A stretch of 64,000 nucleotides of DNA, taken from assembly GCA_030697665.1 (NCBI GenBank), contig JAUYPJ010000080.1, positions 5,475-69,474 on the forward strand, in the 5' to 3' direction. Shown piece by piece: positions 26,094 through 33,987 of this stretch (positions are counted from its first letter, which is position 1; every line of letters starts with the position of its first letter). The position numbers and the translations under genes were made by a program. Below the pieces are notes generated by a model. It saw only the letters and a list, made by a program, of their open reading frames with translations, ran no database searches and was not told where the DNA came from. This stretch comes from Candidatus Omnitrophota bacterium (lineage in GTDB: Bacteria > Omnitrophota > Gorgyraeia > Aquiviventales > Aquiviventaceae).

Positions 26094-26448
26094 TGACGAC
26101 TTGCATCGCGCGGAGCAACTCCCCGAGGTTCACCGGTTTGTCGAAGAATGTGGTCGCGCCCAGCCGGAGGGCTTCGGCTTTCTGTTCCACATTCGCTGAG
26201 CCGCTCCACATCAAGACGGTGATCGCCGGCCACTGCGTCCTGATCTGCCGGAGCATCTCAAATCCTTGGAGGCGGCCTGCCCCCAGGCACATGTCCAGCA
26301 GGACGACCTCGGGCCGGTGGGTCTGGATGAGGGGGAGGGCTTCTTCCCCAGCGCTGGCCGTCCAGACCTGAAAGCCCCTGGGGGTGAGGAACTCCTTCAG
26401 CACCTCAGCCAGCTTGACTTCATCATCCACGATCAACACGCGCACCAT
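26074..26448 (-). CDS. single-domain response regulator (CheY-like receiver)
   Basis: VLIVDDE, phospho-acceptor LLDMCL, and KP in FFDKPV. Confidence 0.85.
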   Translation of the reverse strand: MVRVLIVDDEVKLAEVLKEFLTPRGFQVWTASAGEEALPLIQTHRPEVVLLDMCLGAGRLQGFEMLRQIRTQWPAITVLMWSGSANVEQKAEALRLGATTFFDKPVNLGELLRAMQVVNGHRQP

Positions 26449-26503
26449 GGGGGGTTCCTCGTTCTCTGTAGTGGGAGTATACCATAAACACGCCTTGTAA
26501 GTC

Positions 26504-26764
26504 GTGTTCAGCCAATCCCCCTCACCCTACAATGCGGTCGTGGACAAGGACGTCCGGGTTCAATTCGCCAAGCACTTGCGGAAACTCCGCAGGCAGAAGG
26601 GCTGGACGCAAGAGGAACTCGCCGAGCGGGCGGACCTGGCCTACCGCCACGTCCAGCGTCTGGAGAGTCTGAAGACTCCCCCACCCGCCAAGATCGACAC
26701 ACTGCACAAGCTGGCGAAAGCCTTCAAGACCTCACCTTCCAAGCTGCTGGATTTCTCCTCGTAA
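26504..26764 (+). CDS. XRE-family HTH transcriptional regulator
   Basis: LRKLRRQKGWTQEELAERADLAYRHVQRLE. Confidence 0.75.
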   Translation: MFSQSPSPYNAVVDKDVRVQFAKHLRKLRRQKGWTQEELAERADLAYRHVQRLESLKTPPPAKIDTLHKLAKAFKTSPSKLLDFSS

Positions 26765-26951
26765 GCAAACTCAGTCGTTCAGACGTTTGGGAGTTGACCT
26801 GCCTCGTGGTATCGTCATCCCTCAGACACCAGTGGTGGAGGAAGTTCTTCTATGTGATCAGCGGGCGGGTGCGGCGCTCAATCGGGCACTAGCCCCCTCG
26901 GCTTGTTTTCGACCCCCACGGAGGCAAGAACTTCACGAAACCGTACCAAAG

Positions 26952-27305
26952 TTACGGTGGGGAGCCGGGGTCTCTCGGCGCCAGGGTCTCCAAGGTGGGC
27001 AGGAGACGAGGGATGTCGATCGTCGCGGTCTTCCAGACCTCTTCAAGATCGACTTCATCGTAGGCATGAATCAGCTTGTCGCGCATCCCGGCCATGAGTG
27101 TCCAGGGAATCGCGGAATGGTGGGCCCGAAACGCGTCCGACAGCCGCTTCGCGGCTTCGCCGAAGATCAGGAGCTGGTGGAGGATGGCGGACTGGGTCTT
27201 GAGGTCGGTCAGGAAGGCGGGCTTCTCAAGGTTGCTTCGGAACTCTACGACCAACCGGGCGGCTCGGACGAGGTCCAGCACGCTCGCCTGGTCATTGCGC
27301 GACAT
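26952..27305 (-). CDS. hepT: HepT-type HEPN toxin (DUF86)
   Basis: R-x4-H motif in MRDKLIHAY. Overlaps mntA by 14 nt. Confidence 0.8.
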   Translation of the reverse strand: MSRNDQASVLDLVRAARLVVEFRSNLEKPAFLTDLKTQSAILHQLLIFGEAAKRLSDAFRAHHSAIPWTLMAGMRDKLIHAYDEVDLEEVWKTATIDIPRLLPTLETLAPRDPGSPP

Positions 27306-27600
27306 AGTAGGGCTTGGCACTGTCCAGAATGGCCCGGCGGCGAATCCAGTTGGGACTGCGCTCAATCGCGCGCCGGCTCACGAGCTCGACCTTGCGGCCC
27401 AGCAGCGCGCTCAACTCCGCTTCCATCTGGAGATGGTCCAAGAGGCCCCAGTTCGCCTCCGGCGCGAAGCTGACCAGGACATCCACATCGCTGCTGGGCC
27501 CGAAGTCCTCCCGGAGGACGGAGCCGAAGAAGTCCAGCTCGCGGACCTTCCAGCGCTGACAGAGCTCAGCAAGCTGTGTCTCGTCCACTGCAATGCGCAT
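27292..27600 (-). CDS. mntA: MntA-type nucleotidyltransferase antitoxin
   Basis: FGSVLREDFGPSSDVDVLV matches the GS-x10-DxD minimal nucleotidyltransferase motif. Confidence 0.8.
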   Translation of the reverse strand: MRIAVDETQLAELCQRWKVRELDFFGSVLREDFGPSSDVDVLVSFAPEANWGLLDHLQMEAELSALLGRKVELVSRRAIERSPNWIRRRAILDSAKPYYVAQ

Positions 27601-27770
27601 CTTCAACCTCTCCCTCGCCCCCCTAGCGTACCATCCCAAGAATCCAAAAACAAGCACACGAAGCGCACCAGGGCGATCTCCGGGTGGGTTGTGAGATAGG
27701 CCGCCACGGTGCGCAGGGCACTGTGGAGCCAACGATTTACTCAGTCAATTGAGTCAATTGTCTCCTCGAC

Positions 27771-27890
27771 GAACGTCCTCTGCGTCGCCGTGCCGCTGTC
27801 GCTTTGATCCTGCGCTCCCCCTCAACGTGTCCCTTCGAACCCGGTACGGCCACCGTGCAGACTACAGGACGAAGGGGGGTTGCGACAGAC
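27771..27890. repeat. copy A of about 100-nt composite repeat (block Y 27771-27809, block X 27825-27849, degenerate tail)
   Basis: Y = gaacgtcctctgcgtcgccgtgccgctgtcgctttgatc and X = acgtgtcccttcgaacccggtacgg. Both recur at 29567-29707. Confidence 0.8.
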
Positions 27891-27899
27891 GCTGGACGG

Positions 27900-28217
27900 T
27901 TAGGCGTGAGCGTAGCGGGGTGCCCGCTGCCTGATCTTGATGACGAGTTCCCCGTTGAGGGCTTCGACGACTTTCAGGAGCGTATCGAGCGTGAAGTTGT
28001 GCGTCTCGGCGCGTTCCAGCTTGGCAATGAACGGCTGGTTCACCTTCAAGCGCTTGGCCAGGGCAGCTTGCGTGAGGCCCTGCCGCTGCCGTAAGCCCAC
28101 GAGGGCCTCCACCAGCCGCAGCTTGTGCAGCTCCTCCTCGTACCCCTGGCGGAAGCCGGGCCGCTTGAGCAGCCGATGCACAACCTCCCGATGGGGGATG
28201 GCCCGTACGTTCTTCAT
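27900..28217 (-). CDS. HigA-like XRE-family antitoxin
   Basis: GLTQAALAKRLKVNQPFIAKLE HTH. ATG at 28215-28217. Confidence 0.7.
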   Translation of the reverse strand: MKNVRAIPHREVVHRLLKRPGFRQGYEEELHKLRLVEALVGLRQRQGLTQAALAKRLKVNQPFIAKLERAETHNFTLDTLLKVVEALNGELVIKIRQRAPRYAHA

Positions 28218-28332
28218 CGCTGATGTAGGCGAACGCCTTTTGTTGGTCATCCTGGCCCAGCGCCAACAGGAACGCCAAGGCCGGGGCTTCGCCCCTGGCA
28301 TCGGGGTAGTAGAAGACGGGTTTGCCAGCCAT
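28218..28332 (-). pseudogene. truncated Gp49/HigB-like toxin stub
   Basis: MAGKPVFYYPDARGEAPALAFLLALGQDDQQKAFAYI resembles only the first 35-40 aa of RelE/Gp49-type toxins. The frame then runs into the antitoxin gene. Confidence 0.4.
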
Positions 28333-28356
28333 ACAGAGTATATAACCTACAAGTTA

Positions 28357-29460
28357 TTGAGTCCTGCATAAACAATGGAACATCCTGACCGGTTCCGCGA
28401 TCATGGGAGGCATGCGACCTCCTGGCAGCCCCAGCCAGCTGGAGCGGCGTCGCCGACGCGCCCTCGAGCTGCTGAAGAGGGGCCTGACGCAGTCGGCAGT
28501 GGCGGAGCAGCTCGGCTGCGCCAAGAGCTCGGTGTCCCGCTGGCATCACACCTTCGAGCGGGCGGGGCCCAAGGGGCTGGCGCCCAAGCCGATTCCCGGC
28601 CGCCCGTCCAAGCTCTCCAGCGCTCAGAAGCAGCGCCTGGTGCGGCGGTTGGTGAACGGCCCCATGGCCTGTGGCTATGGGACCGACCTCTGGACATTGC
28701 CCCGCATTGCCGACCAGATCGCCCGCCAGTTCCACGTCCGCTATCACCCCGCCCATGTCTGGCGGCTCTTGCGCGGGCTGGGGTGGAGCTGCCAGAAGCC
28801 GGAGCGCCGAGCGCTGCAACGGAACGAAGCCGCCATCGCCTACTGGCGGCGGGCCGTCTGGCCGCAGCTAAAAAAAGGCTCAACGGCTGGGCGCCCACCT
28901 CGTCTTCCTCGACGAGAGCGGGTTCTCGCTTACTCCCACGGTCAAGCGGACCTGGGCACCCCAAGGCCAAACGCCGTACCTCTACCATATGTTCAAGCGC
29001 GACAAGTTCTCCGCCATCAGCGCCCTCACGGTCTCGCCCCGGCACCGCCATCTGGGGCTCTATCTCCGTCTGGCCACCAACCGAGCCTTCACCGGCCTGG
29101 ATGTCCGTGCCTTCCTCCGGGCTCTGCTGCGGCATCTGCGGGGGGCGGTGGTCCTGCTGTGGGACCGCGGCACCATTCACACGCGGCGGGCGGTCCAGGT
29201 CTATCTGGCGGCCCATCCCCGGGTGGCCCCCTACGACTTCCCGCCCTATGCCCCAGAGCTTAACCCGGCCGAGCATATCTGGAACCAGGCCGATGCGGCC
29301 CTGGCCAACGGCGCCCCGCTGCACCTGGCGCAGCTGCGCGGGAGGCTCCGGCGGACCACCCACAGGCTCCGCCGCTCGCCACGACTCCTGTGGGCGTGCA
29401 TCGAGGCGTCCGACCTGCCGTGGGAACCCTGAGATGTTCCATTATTTATACAATTCTCAA
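28357..29460 (+). mobile_element. IS630-family insertion sequence with TA target duplication
   Basis: TIRs are TTGAGTCCTGCATAAACAATGGAACATC (left) and TTGAGAATTGTATAAATAATGGAACATC (right, reverse complement). TA flanks at 28355-28356 and 29461-29462. Confidence 0.85.
28403..29432 (+). CDS. IS630-family DDE transposase, split in two frames at an A7 run
   Basis: The N-terminal HTH part is in frame 28403. The DDE part (FLDESG, WDRGTIH, PPYAPELNPAEHIW) is in the frame of ORF 28989..29432. The frames join only if one A of 28870-28876 is skipped. Confidence 0.8.
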
Positions 29461-29566
29461 TATTTCGTCAAGACCACCCGCAATCCGATTCACCCGTTTC
29501 CGTGAACCTGAGGCGTTCCAAACGAGCTAGCTCCCGCGGCGTTGATTTGCCCATCCAGGAAAATCA

Positions 29567-29707
29567 GCGTGGGGCGACAGCTCAGATCAGCTAGGAACGT
29601 GTCCCTTCGGAACCCGGTACGGGTCTTTCCCTACTTCCCTGTCCGCCGAAGGCGGAAACAGCCTCCGCGAACGTCCTCTGCGTGGCGGTGCCACTGGCGC
29701 TTTGATC
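29567..29707. repeat. copy B of about 100-nt composite repeat (degenerate Y, X 29597-29622, spacer hairpin, Y 29669-29707)
   Basis: X = acgtgtcccttcggaacccggtacgg and Y = gaacgtcctctgcgtggcggtgccactggcgctttgatc. The spacer contains the gtccgccgaaggcggaaac hairpin. Confidence 0.8.
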
Positions 29708-29771
29708 TACCATTAAGTCTGACGCCACCATGACCGCCTAACTTTCGGTAACGCCTTCGGCCTCTCCCCCG

Positions 29772-30734
29772 TTATAAGCCAAAACTTGTAAAAGGTGGTC
29801 TCCTGCCTGTGAAGATATTCCTTACAGTATCAAGGTTGTGCCCGAGCTTCTCGCTCTTTTTAGTCACCAATTCCGTTGTGCTGGAGAGCTCTTCTGAATC
29901 TGCCATCAGGTTAACAATTTTGTATCGCCTTGTATGTGGAGGAACCGAAACGATGACAACATCTCCCGTCTTCGTCGTATACAAAGGAATCTGATACTTG
30001 TGGAGAAGCTCTCGTATCTCGGGTTTAGGATGCTCAAACTGACTGTCATAATTTGATGAGGCAATCGCTACTGATGGCTGTACGCTTCGAAGGAAGGCGC
30101 TTGTTGTAAAACCGTTATCGGCTCCGTGGTGCGCGAGGATCATAATATCCACTTCCTCGCGGAAAGCCCGATGATTCCTTAAATACGAGCTTATCCCAAC
30201 ATCCTCTACATCTCCTAGACTGGCTATATTGAAGCATCCAGTGCGGAATAGTTTCACTGTCGAGTTATTATTAGAATCCTCCGACAGGTATTTAGGATGG
30301 TAGAAGATATCGTGATAACCCCAACTCTCAGCAGGCTCCAAAGATTTGATATACGGTGGGTCCACACGCTGTACCACGCAGGCAGGGTTGCGTTCCTTAA
30401 AGCTTAAAATCCTTCCAAGGCATTTCTCAGCAGTCTCCGTGTGCGGAGGATAACCTGGATATTCGATTTTGGCTGGATTTAACTTCGCTAGGGTCTCCTC
30501 GAGGTCGACTTCAGCACAATGGTCGGCATCCCAGCTTGTTATGTGGAGGCAGCCAATTTTGTTTACCCCACATGCTCGTAGTTCTGCCTGCAAGGTTCGC
30601 CGATTCACATCGTTAAGGCGAGCTTCTATTAGAGTGAACCGAAAACCGTCAAAATAACTGAAGGAAGATCCCTCGCATCCAAGCTGGTATGCTCTGAATC
30701 TGGTGTGCTTTGCCTGTAACCCCGTTCTCATCAT
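29772..30734 (-). CDS. metallo-beta-lactamase-fold hydrolase, ComEC/Rec2-like subtype
   Basis: HITSWDADHC, SLGDVE and LAHHGADNG metal-ligand motifs. AT-richer island. Last gene of the minus-strand array. Confidence 0.8.
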   Translation of the reverse strand: MMRTGLQAKHTRFRAYQLGCEGSSFSYFDGFRFTLIEARLNDVNRRTLQAELRACGVNKIGCLHITSWDADHCAEVDLEETLAKLNPAKIEYPGYPPHTETAEKCLGRILSFKERNPACVVQRVDPPYIKSLEPAESWGYHDIFYHPKYLSEDSNNNSTVKLFRTGCFNIASLGDVEDVGISSYLRNHRAFREEVDIMILAHHGADNGFTTSAFLRSVQPSVAIASSNYDSQFEHPKPEIRELLHKYQIPLYTTKTGDVVIVSVPPHTRRYKIVNLMADSEELSSTTELVTKKSEKLGHNLDTVRNIFTGRRPPFTSFGL

Positions 30735-30840
30735 ATTACTTTGTCTTTAGTGATGGCAGAAGACGTTCCTCTTCGTGTCGTCTAAAGTCCCTACCTGGTA
30801 CGTGGGGGGGGACGCCTCCGGTTTTCCGAACCGTGACAGC

Positions 30841-31479
30841 TCATTTTGCATGCGATTCCTCTGTCAAGACGTTTAAGACAAAGCGCGTCCCGTAGTTGCG
30901 TGCTGATGTGGAAAGGATTAAATATTGAGCGATGAGGGTAGCTCCGTAGAGGGCTACGATCTTCAAGCTGGCCAGCGCCACGAAAATACCGATGGAAAAC
31001 AGCACGGCGAAAACTGCTGATAGCGCCGTCATGTCACGGGTCAATAGGTATGCCCTGTGCGCCTCGATCACCGTCACGCTTTCGGTGTGCTTCTTGTAGA
31101 GTTGATACCAAAGGGCATTCTGTTCCTTCGGATCCTCCGGAAACCGACCACATTTCGTTTTCAAAACCTTGACAGCAATCCGGGGATCTGTACCCATGAG
31201 CTTCGAAAAAGCACGGCAGCCGGGTAAGGGGTTCTGCCAGCGCCAGAAAACGAGTCGGGCCTTTGCCAGATCACCGAGAAAGCCGTTCAAGACGACGGCG
31301 GCCAGTGGCATGCAGATTGTAGCAAGTCCGTCTTTCGCGGATACGCGTTGCCAGAAGTGCTCAATGGATGAACTGGTCAATTGCTTGCTCACGGATACCG
31401 AAAGAAACACCGCGAAGTTGACCCCGATAAAAATCCAGAGTCGCCAGGCGTTCTTGCTTTTTAGATATTCTTGTCCCAT
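30841..31479 (-). CDS. four-TM membrane protein, unknown family
   Basis: 212 aa from ATG 31477-31479. Layout is 2 TM, about 85 aa of basic soluble segment, then 2 TM. Starts 16 nt downstream of the upstream MBL gene. Confidence 0.6.
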   Translation of the reverse strand: MGQEYLKSKNAWRLWIFIGVNFAVFLSVSVSKQLTSSSIEHFWQRVSAKDGLATICMPLAAVVLNGFLGDLAKARLVFWRWQNPLPGCRAFSKLMGTDPRIAVKVLKTKCGRFPEDPKEQNALWYQLYKKHTESVTVIEAHRAYLLTRDMTALSAVFAVLFSIGIFVALASLKIVALYGATLIAQYLILSTSARNYGTRFVLNVLTEESHAK

Positions 31480-31495
31480 TGCGATATCATCCGGT

Positions 31496-32590
31496 TCACT
31501 CCTCGACCTCGCTATAGAACGGTAAAGGTGTTGATGTAGTCCAGCCGCGGTCGGGCGCATTGTTTCGCTGACATTTTGTTTGACCCGCTGTAGCATGAAC
31601 AGGAGCGCCGCGCCGCAGAAACGCATTTGTGACTTTCTTTGCCGGGTGCTTAGGTGCCCCGTCAGGGGAGACGGAAACAAAGGCCGTCTTAAGTTTGTTT
31701 TCCGAGGACAATTTGTTGCCTATAAGTACGTTGAGAAGCGTCGGCCCGATATTCCTTTGGCTTCCATGATGAGGAACTTGAACGAAATTGAGCTTTGAGA
31801 AATCGAAACCCTCTTGCTGAAGCCGTGACACCGCCTCGGTGAAAGCTGGAATGCCAGCATCACCTGTAAAAAGCATGGAATGGTCACCGATGGTGAAAAG
31901 AAGGATAGCGCTAGAATTATTCTCTGCGGATGTCTCGCCGGAATCATCTAGCGTTTCAAATCCCCAACTCTCAGCAATTTTCTTGACGGTCTCTTTCGCC
32001 TCTTTCATAAATTGCGCAAGAGGGCTAAGTCCTTGTTTGGGTTCTGGCGTCCCTCGATAGCCGGGCAAGAGTTGTTTGTAGAAATCTTCCGATGGCCCAA
32101 GGACGCGCATGACCTTGTTGTAACCGTGTACACCCCAAAACGGTTCAACGATCTTGATGCCTTTCTGCTTGGCGATTGTCTCAAGGGTTCGGACTGTCTC
32201 AAGGGATTCGCGCAAAGCCTTCTTGACGCTTTCATCGGTAACGCGGCTGTCCTCAAAGAGGTGGGAGATGTCGTCCGTGTGGTTCCAAGGTTGGTGCATC
32301 ATCAGATGGGCAACCTTCATTTCGTTCAAAACCACCTCAAGACCGGATGCGTGGTCGTTGTCGGGGTGGGTAGAGATGACGACATCAACATGGTCTGTCT
32401 TGTAGTATTTCTGGATATGTGAGACCAAGGTTTTGCCCGAATCCTGAAAACCGCCATCGATCACAAAGACCGTTTGCTGCGGCGGATCTGCCAAGAGGTT
32501 ACCAAATCGTAACGCAATAGCGTCTCCAGACTTTTCGCCTTCGCCGACAGGCAGGAAGTCAACTTCATAGCCGATGTGGTTCGTGTTCAT
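31496..32590 (-). CDS. metallo-beta-lactamase-fold hydrolase, ComEC/Rec2-like subtype
   Basis: ISTHPDNDHASG, FTGDAG and VPHHGS motifs. The start overlaps the S-subunit stop (ATGA 32587-32590). Confidence 0.8.
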   Translation of the reverse strand: MNTNHIGYEVDFLPVGEGEKSGDAIALRFGNLLADPPQQTVFVIDGGFQDSGKTLVSHIQKYYKTDHVDVVISTHPDNDHASGLEVVLNEMKVAHLMMHQPWNHTDDISHLFEDSRVTDESVKKALRESLETVRTLETIAKQKGIKIVEPFWGVHGYNKVMRVLGPSEDFYKQLLPGYRGTPEPKQGLSPLAQFMKEAKETVKKIAESWGFETLDDSGETSAENNSSAILLFTIGDHSMLFTGDAGIPAFTEAVSRLQQEGFDFSKLNFVQVPHHGSQRNIGPTLLNVLIGNKLSSENKLKTAFVSVSPDGAPKHPAKKVTNAFLRRGAPVHATAGQTKCQRNNAPDRGWTTSTPLPFYSEVEE

Positions 32591-33987
32591 ACTTTGGCTT
32601 TCCGCCCGTCGCCAGCAATGCTTGATTCAACAAGCCGTTTGGCTTCCTCAAGTTTCGCCCGGGCTTCGACCTTCGCGCGGGCTGCTATTCGTACCTTGTC
32701 CGCGAGCTTCCTTTGCCACCCAAGGTCAACCCTTCCGTTGCTGTTTTTGGGAACGTAGATCAGAAATTGCTGGATGTGTGCCGGGTAGAGGTGCAATTGC
32801 CCGGATGACCCCGTTTGATACTGTTCGCTTTGTGCGATACCCACCGACGAGTTTAGGAAGAGCGACAGGTAGTCAGGATCGACAAGCTCCGGCTTAGCGC
32901 GAAGAATCAGCAGGTCAACGGAAGCGACAATCTTTTGACCATTGCAGTGAATCACGCCAGCACGGCCAAGCGTCCCCCTACCTGTCGAGTTGATGACCAC
33001 ATCGTTTTCCTTCAACCGGGCGAATTCATCCGCCCAGGCCCGCAATGAAGTCCGCTCACAAGAAGCAAGTTCAATGCCTCGGCCGAACACATTCTTGCTT
33101 TTAACCACGATGACTTCACCCTCCTCCACGTATTCGTCGGGTTGCGTACCCTTACCGGGCGGCATGGCCAGTAGTTCCTCCAATGGAATCGCGCCGAACT
33201 TCTCTAGCCGCTTGGCAAGGCGGTCGTACTTGGGTTGATAGTGCTCGGCGTCAATCCGCTCGCGTTCGGTGAGAGTCTTAAAGTCCTCCGTGTAGTAGAG
33301 TTCACAAGGTTTCTCGCCCAGTTCCTTCCATCCGATTCGTTCAAGAAGTTCCGCTTCAGCTTTGGGGTACTGCTCCACAGAAATTGAATCAAGTCGGTCG
33401 ATTTCTGAGAACAATTTTCGGCACTTGTCCTCAATATGAGATAAATCAGGAAGGTAAAGGGTTCTCAGCGAAAAGCCGTTAAGTTGTCCATGGGTCCCGC
33501 CAGTTTTTAGACTCAATAAAACACGACGCCCAATATCCGACGCAAAGAAAGCACTCAGAGCAAATATCGGTGTGCGCGGCTTAGGTACAAGCCGCAAAGT
33601 ATGGGAGCTGACGAGTGCTCCACTGTGTGCCTTGGGGACTCTTGCAGCATCGGCTAAATTCGCCCCTGTTCTGACAAGGAGAAGGTCGTCTTCTTGCGCT
33701 ACCGCTTCGGGTAATGCGTTGTAGATTGCATCAGAGACAAAAACCGGTGACTCAACTTTAATCTGTCCTGGTCTTACGTTTTGTGCTCGTAGGAACAAGT
33801 GCCCAGCAGCCTCGTAAGTACGTGTGAATTCCCCAGGATGGATGATCCGCGCAAACCAATGGTCAAAGGGCTTGCCGGTTTTCTTGAAACCTTCGCGGTC
33901 TTTAGCCCCTTCGCCGATGTAGTAGTCCGGATCGAAGCGTAGGTCCTGGGGAAACAAGTCGAATTGCGCCTGACCGATGATCGCCAT
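32587..33987 (-). CDS. restriction-modification specificity (S) subunit with two target-recognition domains
   Basis: 466 aa with an internally duplicated architecture, a central helix (CRKLFSEIDRL) and a C-terminal helix (KVEARAKLEEAKRLVE). TAATG overlap with the methylase gene. Confidence 0.85.
   Translation of the reverse strand: MAIIGQAQFDLFPQDLRFDPDYYIGEGAKDREGFKKTGKPFDHWFARIIHPGEFTRTYEAAGHLFLRAQNVRPGQIKVESPVFVSDAIYNALPEAVAQEDDLLLVRTGANLADAARVPKAHSGALVSSHTLRLVPKPRTPIFALSAFFASDIGRRVLLSLKTGGTHGQLNGFSLRTLYLPDLSHIEDKCRKLFSEIDRLDSISVEQYPKAEAELLERIGWKELGEKPCELYYTEDFKTLTERERIDAEHYQPKYDRLAKRLEKFGAIPLEELLAMPPGKGTQPDEYVEEGEVIVVKSKNVFGRGIELASCERTSLRAWADEFARLKENDVVINSTGRGTLGRAGVIHCNGQKIVASVDLLILRAKPELVDPDYLSLFLNSSVGIAQSEQYQTGSSGQLHLYPAHIQQFLIYVPKNSNGRVDLGWQRKLADKVRIAARAKVEARAKLEEAKRLVESSIAGDGRKAKV

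Noticed and set aside
26787-27473. A 228-aa plus-strand ORF over the hepT/mntA region
   Set aside because: It is antisense to two genes with clear HEPN (R-x4-H) and minimal nucleotidyltransferase (GS...DxD) motifs, and it has no motif of its own.
27825-27849. A tRNA or tmRNA 3' fragment, suggested by GGTTCGAA on the reverse strand of block X
   Set aside because: The flanking bases cannot form a T-stem or an acceptor stem, and no cloverleaf can be drawn around it.
28375-29505. A 376-aa ORF spanning the IS630 in a third frame
   Set aside because: It is Pro/Arg/Ser-rich and lacks both HTH and DDE motifs. The transposase motifs are in the other two frames.
29597-29640. A group II intron 3' end, suggested by GGTAC...CCCTACTTCC resembling a domain VI / 3' splice region
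   Set aside because: No convincing domain V hairpin can be folded on the same strand. There is no reverse-transcriptase ORF and no GUGYG 5' end nearby. The resemblance rests on about 10 nt.
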